A model generated the notes under the pieces. The model saw only the letters and a list, made by a program, of their open reading frames with translations, was not told where the DNA came from and did not search any database. Shown here in pieces: positions 1-8,889 of a DNA stretch of 64,000 nt (within the stretch, counting starts at the first letter, position 1; every line of letters begins with the position of its first letter). Made by a program: the position numbers and the translations under genes. The stretch is from NCBI GenBank assembly GCA_016187515.1, contig JACPJN010000006.1, forward strand, positions 856 to 64,855, in the 5' to 3' direction. This stretch comes from Candidatus Uhrbacteria bacterium (GTDB lineage: Bacteria; Patescibacteriota; Patescibacteriia; GWA2-47-26).

Positions 1-533
1 GCAAGGATGTTCATCAAAAGAAGCAATGTAAACCACCCTAATGTAATAAGCCACGTTTCATATTTCACACCCTCTCCCGCATCCACCCGCAAAGCGTGGA
101 AAAAAAACGAGAGCGCCAGACCGCCGTAATAATCTATCGGCGCCGGGCCGATCCAGATTTTGTGCCAGGTTGCGCAACCCGGATGAAATTTTCGGATGCC
201 GTAGTGGGGATTGATGATGAACCACAAAAAATCCCAGACCACCACAAACAGAAAAAACGCGGAAAGGGTTTGAAGCTCGGCGCCAGTATTCCACGGCAGA
301 CCCCAGACATACGGCAGATGAAACATCAGCAGCGCAAAACTAAACACCCCGACATGATAACCGGTCATTTCTTTTCCGCCCAGCACCTTCGTGTACAACC
401 GCGCGTACCACTTGCCCGTCGGCCGCCAGCAAGGCAACTTTGCCGCCCAGCCATGCTCACCCTCAATTTGCACTTCCAAAAACGCCAGCGTAAGCGCGAG
501 GAGATAGAGATAGAAAATTTGCAAAATCTGCAT
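1..533 (-). CDS. Hypothetical multi-pass membrane protein, 3' end outside window
   Basis: Manual translation from ATG at 533 (MQILQIFYLYLLALTLAFLEVQIEGEHGWAAKLPCWR...WDFLWFIINPHYG...) stays open to the window edge; hydrophobic segments; absent from the ORF track because there is no stop. Confidence 0.75.
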   Translation of the reverse strand, partial: MQILQIFYLYLLALTLAFLEVQIEGEHGWAAKLPCWRPTGKWYARLYTKVLGGKEMTGYHVGVFSFALLMFHLPYVWGLPWNTGAELQTLSAFFLFVVVWDFLWFIINPHYGIRKFHPGCATWHKIWIGPAPIDYYGGLALSFFFHALRVDAGEGVKYETWLITLGWFTLLLLMNIL

Positions 534-544
534 ATCAATTTTCT

Positions 545-662
545 CCCTCCCTTAAGTTAAGGGAGGGTTGCCCGCCCGTCCCGACGCCGGGCGTGCGGGC
601 GGGGGGAGAGTTATGCAAAGTGATCATAACCCCTCCTAACCTCCCCTTATCTTAAGGGGAGG
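545..662. repeat. Intergenic inverted dimer of the CCCCTCTTA-NNN-TAAGAGGGG/GTTATG palindrome family, with a nested GC-rich palindrome
   Basis: CCCTCCCTTA-AGT-TAAGGGAGGG ... GAGTTATG ... CATAACCCCTCC..CCTCCCCTTA-TCT-TAAGGGGAGG; CCCGCCCG...CGGGCGGG inserted at ~571-603. Confidence 0.85.
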
Positions 663-737
663 AATATTTGGATTTTATCACAAAAACCCCGACACACGAA
701 TGTCCCAGGGCTTCTGTTAACCATCTACCGCGAAATC

Positions 738-1022
738 TTACAAAATCGAATCCTTGGCCGCCTTGGCCACTCGGAATTTCACGACCGTTTTGGCCGGAAT
801 CTGGATCGAAGCGCCGGTCGCGGGGTTGCGGCCCATGCGCGCGGCCCGGTGCCGCTTCAAGAGCTTGCCAAGCCCGGGAATGGTAAATTCCCCCGCGCTT
901 TTGGCCTGATCGTAGGCGAGCGCTACCAACGCCTCCAGCATTTCTCCCGCCTCTTTACGGGTCTTACCGAGCTTTTCGGCAAGCGCGTTAAGGGTCTGGG
1001 ACTTATTCATGCCTTTTGCCAT
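738..1022 (-). CDS. hup: Histone-like DNA-binding protein HU
   Basis: MNKSQ...IPGLGKL...RAARMGRNPATGASIQIPAKTVVKF signature. Confidence 0.95.
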   Translation of the reverse strand: MAKGMNKSQTLNALAEKLGKTRKEAGEMLEALVALAYDQAKSAGEFTIPGLGKLLKRHRAARMGRNPATGASIQIPAKTVVKFRVAKAAKDSIL

Positions 1023-1147
1023 AGCACTTTGAGTTAATGAGTTATTAAGTTATTGGTTATTAAATCCTTTAGGATGTGGATAGTATAGCAAACTCTAGGA
1101 AATCGCACAAAATCAAACTATCCACAGCCCCATACTCCTACTTCCCC

Positions 1148-1441
1148 CTAACTAATTTCAAAAGTTCGGGAAAAATTATAAGTTCCGTCAAGCGGATCAA
1201 CGTACCAAACATAGTCGCGGCCATCATTATGATTTCCGCTCGCTTCGGCCACAATGCCGTGCGCTGGAAAGCGCCTGCGTATCGCGCACATAATCAGCTT
1301 CTCGGCCGCAAGATCTGCTTCAGTAACCACGTCGGTAGGATTTAATTTAGTGCGCACGGTATGCGCTTTGCCAAAACTCTGCGCCAGCACGCGCCCAGCT
1401 CGGCGTGCCAGATTTTAGATAAAACTATCCGCGTTGATCAT
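1148..1441 (-). pseudogene. Truncated inositol monophosphatase family gene
   Basis: DVVTEAD and WYVDPLDGTYNF motifs; in-frame TAA at 1415-1417 after MINADSFI; ends just after the DPLDGT motif. Confidence 0.8.
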
Positions 1442-1449
1442 AGATTTTA

Positions 1450-3219
1450 TTATACCACAAGATCCGGTAGAAAACCACCCGCTTGAAGTTCCCAAAGGTG
1501 CGCGTAGAGTCCGCCGCGTTGAAGAAGCTCATCGTGTGTTCCTTCATCAATGATACGCCCACCCTCCAGTACTACAATACGATCCATCTGACGAATTGTA
1601 GAGAGCCGGTGCGCGATCACAATTACGGTCTTCCCCCTCATCAGTCGCTTGAGGGCGTCTTGAATCAATCGCTCGGAATGCGAATCCAAACTTGAAGTTG
1701 CTTCATCCAGAATAAGAATCGGCGCGTTTTTAAGAATCGCCCGCGCGATAGCCACGCGCTGTCGTTCCCCTCCGGAGAGTTTAATCCCCCGCTCCCCGAC
1801 ATAGGTCTCATATTTTTGCGGAAATTCCCGGATAAACTCATCGCAATGCGCGAGTTTCGCGGCGGCCATGACTTCCGCGTCAGAGGCCTCCCGTCGGCCA
1901 TAGCGAATGTTCTCCATCAGTGTCCGGTGAAACAGAATCGGCTCTTGCGGAACCAAGCTAACATTTAGGCGCAAACTTTCTTGAGTAACCCGATTGATCC
2001 GCTGATCGTCAATCAGAATCTTGCCGGCGTCAAGATCATGGAAACGCAGCAGCAGCTTTACGATCGTGGACTTTCCGGCTCCCGAAGGACCAATCAGGGC
2101 GACTTTTTCTCCGGCGGTAATCGTCAAATTAAGGTTACGCACCACCGCCCGGGTCTTATGATAACTGAAAGTAACCCCGCTAAATTCAATTTTTCCAGCG
2201 GTGACTTGCAGTGGTTTTGCGGCGGGAACATCGCGAATTTCATGTACGGTATTCATGATCTCGGTAATCTCCTCGGCGTCCGCGAAACTCTCATACAAAT
2301 CACGGATATGCCGCCCCACGTCCCAAAGACGATTTATCAAACCCAGCAAATAGGATTGGATAAGCACGAAATCGCCAACCGTAAGCTCACTGCGCTGCCA
2401 AAACCGGATCGCGAAATACATCAACAAAAATTCCACGATAATAAAAAGTCCGGCCTGCACTCCCTCAATAATCGAGCCGAGATTCCAGGTAAAGGTCTGC
2501 AGTTTCTGCAGCTCGCGGGTAACCTTTTTAAACCGACTCAATTCAAACTCATGGCCATTGAACAATTGGATGTTCACTTGATTGGTCAGCGCGTCCGCCA
2601 AGGTCGCGGTGGTCTCGGTATCTTTCGCGCTGCGCAGCGTATCATATTTTAACTTCCAGATCGAGAAAAGATAATTGATGATTATAAAGAGCACCGTCCA
2701 GGCCAGCAAAATATAGGCAATGGTGTGATTAAAAATATAAAGTATAATTGTGGCGCCCGTAACTCGAATCGTAAGCGGATACAAATTCCAGTAAGTCCGA
2801 TCCGCGAATACTTCAAACGCGCGCGAGAGTTTGGTAACTTTGCGCGTAAGCGCTCCGACAAAACGGTTGGTAAAAAATCCGTAAGAGTGGCGTTGAAGAT
2901 ACGCGTACGCGTTTTGCAAAAGATCCGCCATGATATGCGGCTGAAAATAATCATTGGCAAAAGTGGTAAACCGAAAAATAGTCCACATTAGCGCGTTAAG
3001 CCCTAAAATCATGAACAAGATTTGCAAAAGATCAGCCGCGACAGATACCGACGGCACGGCCCCGGTCAAAATATTAAAAAATTCCTTATAGTACAGCGGC
3101 ACTAAAAGTTCAAGCGCGGTTACGGACCCAAGCGCGATTAACATCAAAAACGCCAGCAGCTTATAGTTGCGCGCCGCGTGCCAATATATTTTCAGCGTTT
3201 CTTTGGTTCTGACTTGCAT
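1450..3219 (-). CDS. ABC exporter, fused permease/ATP-binding
   Basis: N-terminal TM helices; Walker A GPSGAGKS, signature LSGGERQ, Walker B ILILDEATS, H-loop IAHRLST. Confidence 0.95.
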   Translation of the reverse strand: MQVRTKETLKIYWHAARNYKLLAFLMLIALGSVTALELLVPLYYKEFFNILTGAVPSVSVAADLLQILFMILGLNALMWTIFRFTTFANDYFQPHIMADLLQNAYAYLQRHSYGFFTNRFVGALTRKVTKLSRAFEVFADRTYWNLYPLTIRVTGATIILYIFNHTIAYILLAWTVLFIIINYLFSIWKLKYDTLRSAKDTETTATLADALTNQVNIQLFNGHEFELSRFKKVTRELQKLQTFTWNLGSIIEGVQAGLFIIVEFLLMYFAIRFWQRSELTVGDFVLIQSYLLGLINRLWDVGRHIRDLYESFADAEEITEIMNTVHEIRDVPAAKPLQVTAGKIEFSGVTFSYHKTRAVVRNLNLTITAGEKVALIGPSGAGKSTIVKLLLRFHDLDAGKILIDDQRINRVTQESLRLNVSLVPQEPILFHRTLMENIRYGRREASDAEVMAAAKLAHCDEFIREFPQKYETYVGERGIKLSGGERQRVAIARAILKNAPILILDEATSSLDSHSERLIQDALKRLMRGKTVIVIAHRLSTIRQMDRIVVLEGGRIIDEGTHDELLQRGGLYAHLWELQAGGFLPDLVV

Positions 3220-3247
3220 AATAAAGGCAGAGCTATTCTACCACCGA

Positions 3248-3276
3248 TTGCACGGATTGTCGAGCCATGGTACACT
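3248..3276 (+). promoter_or_regulatory. Sigma70-type promoter of the tRNA
   Basis: TTGCAC-17 nt-TACACT with extended TGn, 12 nt before the tRNA. Confidence 0.6.
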
Positions 3277-3288
3277 TTCCCCTGCCGT

Positions 3289-3362
3289 GGGGGCGTAGTT
3301 CAACAGTAGAACGGCGGTCTCCAAAACCGCAGACGAGGGAGCGTCACCTTCCGCCCCTGCCA
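3289..3362 (+). tRNA. trnW: tRNA-Trp (CCA)
   Basis: Acceptor GGGGGCG/CGCCCCT, G discriminator, encoded CCA; anticodon arm GCGGT-CTCCAAA-ACCGC; atypical T-loop AGCGTCA. Confidence 0.88.
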
Positions 3363-3372
3363 AAAGTACGGT

Positions 3373-4248
3373 ATGCGTATTTTTCAAAATAAAATAAGCG
3401 CCGGACAATCCGCCGCTATTCTCGGTTTGATTATTCTTTTGCTGATTTTCCTAATTACCTTTGTGGTGATTGCGGCCGGAGATGAAAAAGAAGCGCAGCA
3501 AACCATCCCGCCGCCGGTTACAGCCGAGCCGCAAAAACAAGAAGAACAAACACCGAAACAAGATGCTCCGCCAATCCAGCCGTTTTTGCCAACCGTAGAG
3601 CAAATACCTGCCCCGGAGGTGAAAGATGAAACGGTTCTGGTCACCCGCGTAATTGACGGCGACACCATCGAAATCGAGGGTGGCCAGCGCGTGCGCTATA
3701 TTGGCATAGACACGCCGGAAACAGTTGACCCGCGAAAACCGGTGCAATGTTTCGGCGCGGAAGCCAGTAATTACAACAAAGCGCTTGTCGAAAACAAAAG
3801 AGTGCGTTTGGAAAAAGATGTGAGTGAAACCGACAAATATGGCCGCTTGCTCCGCTATGTCTATGTGGATAATCTTTTCGTGAATCTTGTTCTTATTCAA
3901 GAAGGGTTTGCCCACTCCTCCGCTTATCCGCCGGATGTGAAATACCAACCTCAATTCACAGCCGCCGAACGGCTGGCGCGAGAACAGCAAAAGGGGTTAT
4001 GGAATTCGTGCCCAGCCGCCCCAATCGCGCCGCCTCCCGCCGCCGCAGCGCCGGGGGCCCCGCCCCTGCAATCACCACTGGCCGCCTGCACAATTAAAGG
4101 CAATGTCACCACGGAAAAAATCTATCATTTGGAGGGCTGCGGCTCTTACGAAAAAACTAAAATTGACGAAGCGCGAGGTGAGCGCTGGTTTTGCACGGAA
4201 GCAGAAGCCGCGGCGGCCGGTTGGCGAAAGGCGCAAAATTGCCCATAA
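3373..4248 (+). CDS. Membrane-anchored thermonuclease (SNase) with C-terminal Cys/His module
   Basis: [30 protein letters not shown]-terminal IKGN..KIYH..C..Y...WFC.EAEA..AGWR. Confidence 0.9.
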   Translation: MRIFQNKISAGQSAAILGLIILLLIFLITFVVIAAGDEKEAQQTIPPPVTAEPQKQEEQTPKQDAPPIQPFLPTVEQIPAPEVKDETVLVTRVIDGDTIEIEGGQRVRYIGIDTPETVDPRKPVQCFGAEASNYNKALVENKRVRLEKDVSETDKYGRLLRYVYVDNLFVNLVLIQEGFAHSSAYPPDVKYQPQFTAAERLAREQQKGLWNSCPAAPIAPPPAAAAPGAPPLQSPLAACTIKGNVTTEKIYHLEGCGSYEKTKIDEARGERWFCTEAEAAAAGWRKAQNCP

Positions 4249-4265
4249 TTTTCAGAAAAAACCGG

Positions 4266-5585
4266 ATGTCAAAATCCATAATCCGAACCTACATTTTACT
4301 GTTCATCGCCGCTATCGCGATGGCGGTGTTTGTGTCGGCCATCGGCGTAAAACTCATCCGCTCCGGGGGCGCGTCGGCTTTATTTGCGCCGGGGATCCGG
4401 CGTGAAAACCAATCTCCTTACCGCCGGGAAGCGGTGGAGATCACCCCGAAGGCCGCCTACACCCGGCTGATGGAGCAAGCCGGAATTGACCGGACTGACG
4501 CGGACGCCATTTTTTCCGCCGCGCAAAACGTGTATGACCTGACGAAAATTCGCGAAGGGCGCACGCTTGATCTTTATTTCAGCAAGGACACGGGCGAACT
4601 TGAAAAACTGGCGTATCAAATTGACAGCGAGGATGAGCTAGTGGTAACGCGTGTGAGCAATGCTGAAGATCTCCCACCCCTCCTAACCTCCCCTCGGGCA
4701 GGGGAGGAAATTTCCCCTCCTTTCCAAGGAGGGGTTAGGGGTGGTTCTCGTCTCCTCGGTTGGCACGCAACCCGCACCCCCATCAATTACGAAATTCGCG
4801 TTAAAAAAGTGGCCGGCGCTCTGGAAACCTCCCTTTACGAATGGGCGCTTACGCATAGCGTGGACGAACGCGCCATTATTGAATTTGCCAACGCGCTAGA
4901 GTGGAGCATTGATTTTGCCCATGACCCGCAAGCGGGAGACCGGTTTGCGTTTATCTATGAGGAGCGCTATCGGGATGGCGCATACATAATGCCCGGCACG
5001 GTTTTTGCGGGAAAATATGTAAATGTGGATAAAGAGCATCTCGCCTTCTACTTTGAAGAATCCGCCGATAACCAAGGATATTTTGACGCGGATGGAAATT
5101 CCCTTCAAAAACTGTTTTTGAAAGCGCCGGTGGCTTACCGCTACATTTCTTCCGGTTTTACCACCGGGCTGCGCTATGTGCGCGCGTTCAATGTCGCAAC
5201 CGGCCATCGCGCGATTGATTACGCGGCCGCGCACGGCACGCCGGTACGTACGACGGCCAACGGCACGGTAACGTACGCCGGCCGGAGCGGATCGTACGGA
5301 AACTTTATTACAGTGCGGCATAACGGGACCTACTCCACCAACTACGCTCATCTTTCGCGCCTGGCGGTGCGTTCCGGACAAAAAATCGCGCAGGGAGAAA
5401 CGATCGGGTATGTCGGTTCAACCGGATTTTCAACCGGCCCGCATTTGCACTATGAAATGGAAAAGCATGGCGTAAAAATTAATCCGCTCAAAGAAGTACT
5501 GCCGCCGGGAAAACCTATCGCGCCGGAGAATAAAGATAAATTTTTTAAGGAAATAAAACCTTACTTTAAAGAACTAAGGGAATGA
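4266..5585 (+). CDS. M23 family peptidoglycan endopeptidase (contains in-frame palindrome insertion)
   Basis: HRAIDYAA, YAHLS, STGPHLHYE; start placed at ATG 4266 before the signal anchor. Confidence 0.9.
   Translation: MSKSIIRTYILLFIAAIAMAVFVSAIGVKLIRSGGASALFAPGIRRENQSPYRREAVEITPKAAYTRLMEQAGIDRTDADAIFSAAQNVYDLTKIREGRTLDLYFSKDTGELEKLAYQIDSEDELVVTRVSNAEDLPPLLTSPRAGEEISPPFQGGVRGGSRLLGWHATRTPINYEIRVKKVAGALETSLYEWALTHSVDERAIIEFANALEWSIDFAHDPQAGDRFAFIYEERYRDGAYIMPGTVFAGKYVNVDKEHLAFYFEESADNQGYFDADGNSLQKLFLKAPVAYRYISSGFTTGLRYVRAFNVATGHRAIDYAAAHGTPVRTTANGTVTYAGRSGSYGNFITVRHNGTYSTNYAHLSRLAVRSGQKIAQGETIGYVGSTGFSTGPHLHYEMEKHGVKINPLKEVLPPGKPIAPENKDKFFKEIKPYFKELRE
4671..4746. repeat. In-frame palindromic dimer in M23 gene
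   Basis: CCTCCCCT-CGGGC-AGGGGAGG and CCCCTCCTT-TCC-AAGGAGGGG hairpins; encodes LPPLLTSPRAGEEISPPFQGGVRGG; first half nearly identical to 43624-43664. Confidence 0.85.
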
Positions 5586-5720
5586 GACCGTTGAACAATC
5601 AATTGTTCGCGGTCATTCGTAAGGCCGCATGAGATAGACAGCGCAGGAAACCCAGGGTTTTGCGGCCGTCGGTTCGTGTCTATTTGTGTAAACTGCGAAG
5701 GAGTTAATTCCTCAACGCTC
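5584..5720. ncRNA. Candidate structured RNA (rod-like with central bubble)
   Basis: Nested complementarity: GAGACCGTTGA/TCAACGCTC, TTCGCGGT/ACTGCGAA, ATAGACA/TGTCTAT, terminal hairpin; lies between convergent genes. Confidence 0.35.
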
Positions 5721-5727
5721 TAAGAAT

Positions 5728-5769
5728 AAAAAAAGCCCCCAAAGTCCTCTCCCGGCGACTTTGGGGCTT
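5728..5769 (-). terminator. Intrinsic terminator of REC/HD-GYP gene
   Basis: AAGCCCC(C)AAAGTC...GACTTTGGGGCTT stem followed by a U-run on the minus strand. Confidence 0.7.
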
Positions 5770-5787
5770 GCACCTTGTACATTATTT

Positions 5788-6822
5788 CTACGGCTCGCTG
5801 TCCTCCGGGTCGGGCTCACCGTCGGGCGGCGCGTTTACGACGGCGGATCTTTCGCGCGCACCGCCTTTTTGCGCCTGCTGCTCACGCTCGATCATCTGCA
5901 GGAATTCTTCTGCCACTTGCATCTGCAGAAATACCGCGGTCACTTGCGGATCAAACCACGTGCCGGAGTGGTTCCGGACCCGCGCCATGATTCCGGCGGG
6001 CGATCTCCTCTCGGCAATCGCTTGGCAGACAAAATCCGCAACCGAGATAATCCGCGCGAAAAGCGGGATGTCCTGGGCGCGCTTGCCCTGCGGACCAGAG
6101 CCGTCAAAATGCTCACGCCAGTCGCGGGCGGCCTCCAGCACCTTTTCCATTCCGGCCAGTCCGCTGAAAATCCGCACGGCCGCTTCCCGCGCGCGATCCG
6201 GATTATCCGGAAACGCGCGCCAGCCCAGATCGTATAAGTCCGCCGCCCACAGCAGTATGAACTTATCCGCCTGCCGCATATCCAGGTGCGACAGAAGATG
6301 TTTCACCAAAACCGCTTCCAACCGCGAAAACGCGCCCAACTCCAGATTCGTCGCGCCCTCATCAGACAGGCGCTTCTGAATCTCAAGGCCGTGTTCGTCG
6401 CGCAAACGCCGGAGATGCCTGCGCCCATGCTCCGCGGCTGCCTCGGCAACCACACTGGCCATATTTTGGCCGACGAAAAAATTCTCCTTGGAAGTGACGC
6501 GCCAGCAAAGCGGACTGTCGTGCCGCGCGCGGACGACCAGTTCATCGCTGTCCGGCAAATCCGTAACCGCGATGGCGGCGATGTCCGGGTTGATCTTGAC
6601 TACCGCGCGCAGGAACTCCAGGCCGTTTCGGTTGGAAACCGCGAGGTCCGCGATGACCACCTCCGGATGCACCGTCTTTTGAAGCTCATCAAGCGCGCTG
6701 CTTGGATCCGCAAAGGTCGTAACCTTCGCGTGGTCCAGGAGGCCGTAGCGTACGGCCTGTCCACACTCCGCATCGCCGTCCACGTACCACACGCTGGGCC
6801 TTCCGTGCAAGTTAAGGGGCAT
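5788..6822 (-). CDS. Response regulator receiver + degenerate HD-GYP domain
   Basis: REC: WYVDGD, IADL, NGLEFL; HD-GYP remnants LYDLG, EHFDGSG, IPLFARIISVAD, GTWFDP; AGGAGG upstream of ATG 6822. Confidence 0.8.
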   Translation of the reverse strand: MPLNLHGRPSVWYVDGDAECGQAVRYGLLDHAKVTTFADPSSALDELQKTVHPEVVIADLAVSNRNGLEFLRAVVKINPDIAAIAVTDLPDSDELVVRARHDSPLCWRVTSKENFFVGQNMASVVAEAAAEHGRRHLRRLRDEHGLEIQKRLSDEGATNLELGAFSRLEAVLVKHLLSHLDMRQADKFILLWAADLYDLGWRAFPDNPDRAREAAVRIFSGLAGMEKVLEAARDWREHFDGSGPQGKRAQDIPLFARIISVADFVCQAIAERRSPAGIMARVRNHSGTWFDPQVTAVFLQMQVAEEFLQMIEREQQAQKGGARERSAVVNAPPDGEPDPEDSEP

Positions 6823-6899
6823 GGTGTTCCTCCTTTCGAGGCACTTCCACCTTAGCATACTCTCGCGCGCCTGTCAAACCCGTGGTACAATACCGCACT

Positions 6900-7781
6900 A
6901 TGTTTATCGCCATAGATATCGGCGGCACCAATACGCGGATCGGCGCTTCCAAAGACGGCCGACGACTTTACGCGATTGAAAAATTCAAAACTCCGAAAAA
7001 GTTTGCGGATGGAATCAAAGCAATTTCAAGGACTGTCCTTCACGCCACAAAAGGACAGTCCTTGAAATCTATCGTGATCGCAGTTCCAGGTCCTATTGAT
7101 CATCCACGCGGCAAGGTGCTCCACCTCCCTAATCTACCGGGCTGGCGCAACAAACCAATTACCAAAGTACTGACGCGCCATCTTAATTGCAAGGTGCTAC
7201 TTATAAACGATGCGGATGCCGCCGGATTAGGCGAAGCGCGCCGTGGAGCCGGACGCGGCTACACCCGAGTGGCTTATTTCACGATAAGCACCGGTATTGG
7301 CGGCGCGCTAATCATAAACGATTTTCTCCCCCTTTTGAAGGGGGAGATTAAGAGGGGGTCAAAATGCCCTCATCCACTCACCATCTCCGCAGAGCCAGGC
7401 CACCAAATCCTTATACCCGGCGGCCGGCGCGACAACTGCGGTCAACGCGGCTGCTTTGAGGCCTACGCTTCGGGAACCGGATTTTATAAAACCTACGGTG
7501 TGCGTCCCGAAAATTGTAAAAACAAAAAAATCTGGGCTAAACATGCCCAGACGGTTGGCTGGGGACTGATAAATACTATTGTGCACTGGTCTCCGGATAT
7601 TGTAGTTATCGGCGGCGGCCTTGCGCAGGCCGGCACATTACTTTTCACGCCCCTCCGCGCCTATGTGCGCAAAAATCTCAAAATCTTCAAACCACCACTA
7701 ATTGTTCCGTCAAAACTCGGAGATGACGCCGGACTTTACGGATGTTTGGAGTTGCTCAAGGGGAGTAAAAATTTTTCATAA
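6900..7781 (+). CDS. ROK family sugar kinase (contains in-frame palindrome insertion)
   Basis: IAIDIGGT, NDADAAGLGE, STGIGG, EPGH, CGQRGCFEAYASG. Confidence 0.93.
   Translation: MFIAIDIGGTNTRIGASKDGRRLYAIEKFKTPKKFADGIKAISRTVLHATKGQSLKSIVIAVPGPIDHPRGKVLHLPNLPGWRNKPITKVLTRHLNCKVLLINDADAAGLGEARRGAGRGYTRVAYFTISTGIGGALIINDFLPLLKGEIKRGSKCPHPLTISAEPGHQILIPGGRRDNCGQRGCFEAYASGTGFYKTYGVRPENCKNKKIWAKHAQTVGWGLINTIVHWSPDIVVIGGGLAQAGTLLFTPLRAYVRKNLKIFKPPLIVPSKLGDDAGLYGCLELLKGSKNFS
7326..7359. repeat. In-frame palindrome in ROK gene
   Basis: CTCCCCCTT-TTG-AAGGGGGAG-ATTAAGAGGGGGT, encodes LPLLKGEIKRG between the GIGG and EPGH motifs. Confidence 0.75.
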
Positions 7782-8451
7782 TCCGCTCCCCGGCCGGCAG
7801 GCGCTTCAATTTTTTGTATAGCGCGTCGTAGTCAACGCTGCGGTCGTCACTCGCTTCTTTTCTATAACTGATTATTTTACGCGCGCGAGTAAGATTTATT
7901 TCCGGATGAAACTGCACTCCCCAGGCCTGATCTTTATAACGAAACGCTTGAATTTTTGAATGCGCGTTTCCGGCAAGCACAGCAACATCCTCAATGCCGG
8001 AAAAATTCTTCACCTCAAAATAATGGTACGCGAACACCTGAAATTTTTTCGGCACTCCGGCAAAAAGCCGCCCGGCTTTCCCCTCGGAAGTCAGCTCCAC
8101 GGCAACTGTCCCCGCTTCAATTCCTTTTACATTTTCAACCACCGCGGCGCCCAGCGCTCGTGCCAGAAGCTGGTGGCCGAAACAAATACCCAACAGGGGT
8201 TTTTCAAGTTCAAGAATCACTTTAACCTGATCAAGCAGATAATGAATCCAAGGAAGATTCTCCCCAGCTTGAAATTTGGAGCCAGTAATCACAAAAAAAT
8301 CATATTCTTCCAAATTTATTTTCGGGGTCTCCCGAAGACAATGCACCACTTCAAAACGATCCTCTTTTCGCAAAAAGGGATGCACCAGCCACTCACACCG
8401 AAACTGCTCCAGCGGCTCGCGATCATCTGCCTGGAATACTAATACGCGCAT
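7756..8451 (-). CDS. Class I glutamine amidotransferase-like protein
   Basis: ITGS, LLGICFGHQLL, GVQFHPE (Cys-His-Glu triad). Confidence 0.9.
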   Translation of the reverse strand: MRVLVFQADDREPLEQFRCEWLVHPFLRKEDRFEVVHCLRETPKINLEEYDFFVITGSKFQAGENLPWIHYLLDQVKVILELEKPLLGICFGHQLLARALGAAVVENVKGIEAGTVAVELTSEGKAGRLFAGVPKKFQVFAYHYFEVKNFSGIEDVAVLAGNAHSKIQAFRYKDQAWGVQFHPEINLTRARKIISYRKEASDDRSVDYDALYKKLKRLPAGERIMKNFYSP

Positions 8452-8477
8452 ATTCCGATCGGACGGTACGGGGCAGG

Positions 8478-8524
8478 GAGTTTGGCAAGCTCCACGATTT
8501 GGCGGCCGTTGAGTTTTTGGCGGT
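8478..8524. repeat. 47-bp direct repeat of 21957-22003 (fragment of ATP-grasp gene)
   Basis: GAGTTTGGC(A/C)AGCTCCACGATTTGGCGGCCGT(T/C)GAGTTTTTGGCGGT, 45/47 identical by manual alignment. Confidence 0.9.
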
Positions 8525-8610
8525 TATATCCTGAAATCGTTGATATGCAATCCTCGCGGACCGGCAGCCCGAAGTAATGCCTTATCCGCTACATAGACTT
8601 TATCGGCCAT
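8524..8610 (-). pseudogene. Probable internally deleted PIN/VapC toxin
   Basis: MADKVYV-ADKALLRAAGPRGLHINDFRI*, overlapping the stop of the RHH gene; resembles a PIN N-terminus joined to the terminal (T)AD motif. Confidence 0.45.
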
Positions 8611-8854
8611 ACCGTGTATCACGCATGCGACGGATAAATTCAACAATACCGCCAGCGCGCGCACTGGCTTTTATTGCATCCTGCACTGCAATTGCCTCAT
8701 TCCAATGCCCTGTGCGATCTGCGCGATCATGTGTAAGTTGGTGGATGAGTTCGTGGAGAAATGTCTCTTGATCCTTTCCCGCTTGTTTTGCCGCACGATC
8801 CAACTCTTCCGCAAGCCGATGGGAAATAGTAATGGTTGCTTGTGTATTCTGCAT
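8600..8854 (-). CDS. Ribbon-helix-helix (CopG-like) putative antitoxin
   Basis: TITISHRLAEELDRAAKQAGK..ETFLHELI; C-terminal VEFIRRMRD resembles VapB-type tails. Confidence 0.6.
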   Translation of the reverse strand: MQNTQATITISHRLAEELDRAAKQAGKDQETFLHELIHQLTHDRADRTGHWNEAIAVQDAIKASARAGGIVEFIRRMRDTRYGR

Positions 8855-8889
8855 ACGATAATGATCGTATCATGCTATTACAAATTGTG

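Noticed and set aside
96..560. 154-aa plus-strand ORF
   Set aside because: Antisense shadow of the open minus-strand membrane protein (533 to edge); ends in a repeat
5640..5690. c-di-GMP-I riboswitch (GGCCGCAAAACC on the minus strand near an HD-GYP gene)
   Set aside because: Other consensus elements not found, and the site is downstream of both flanking genes
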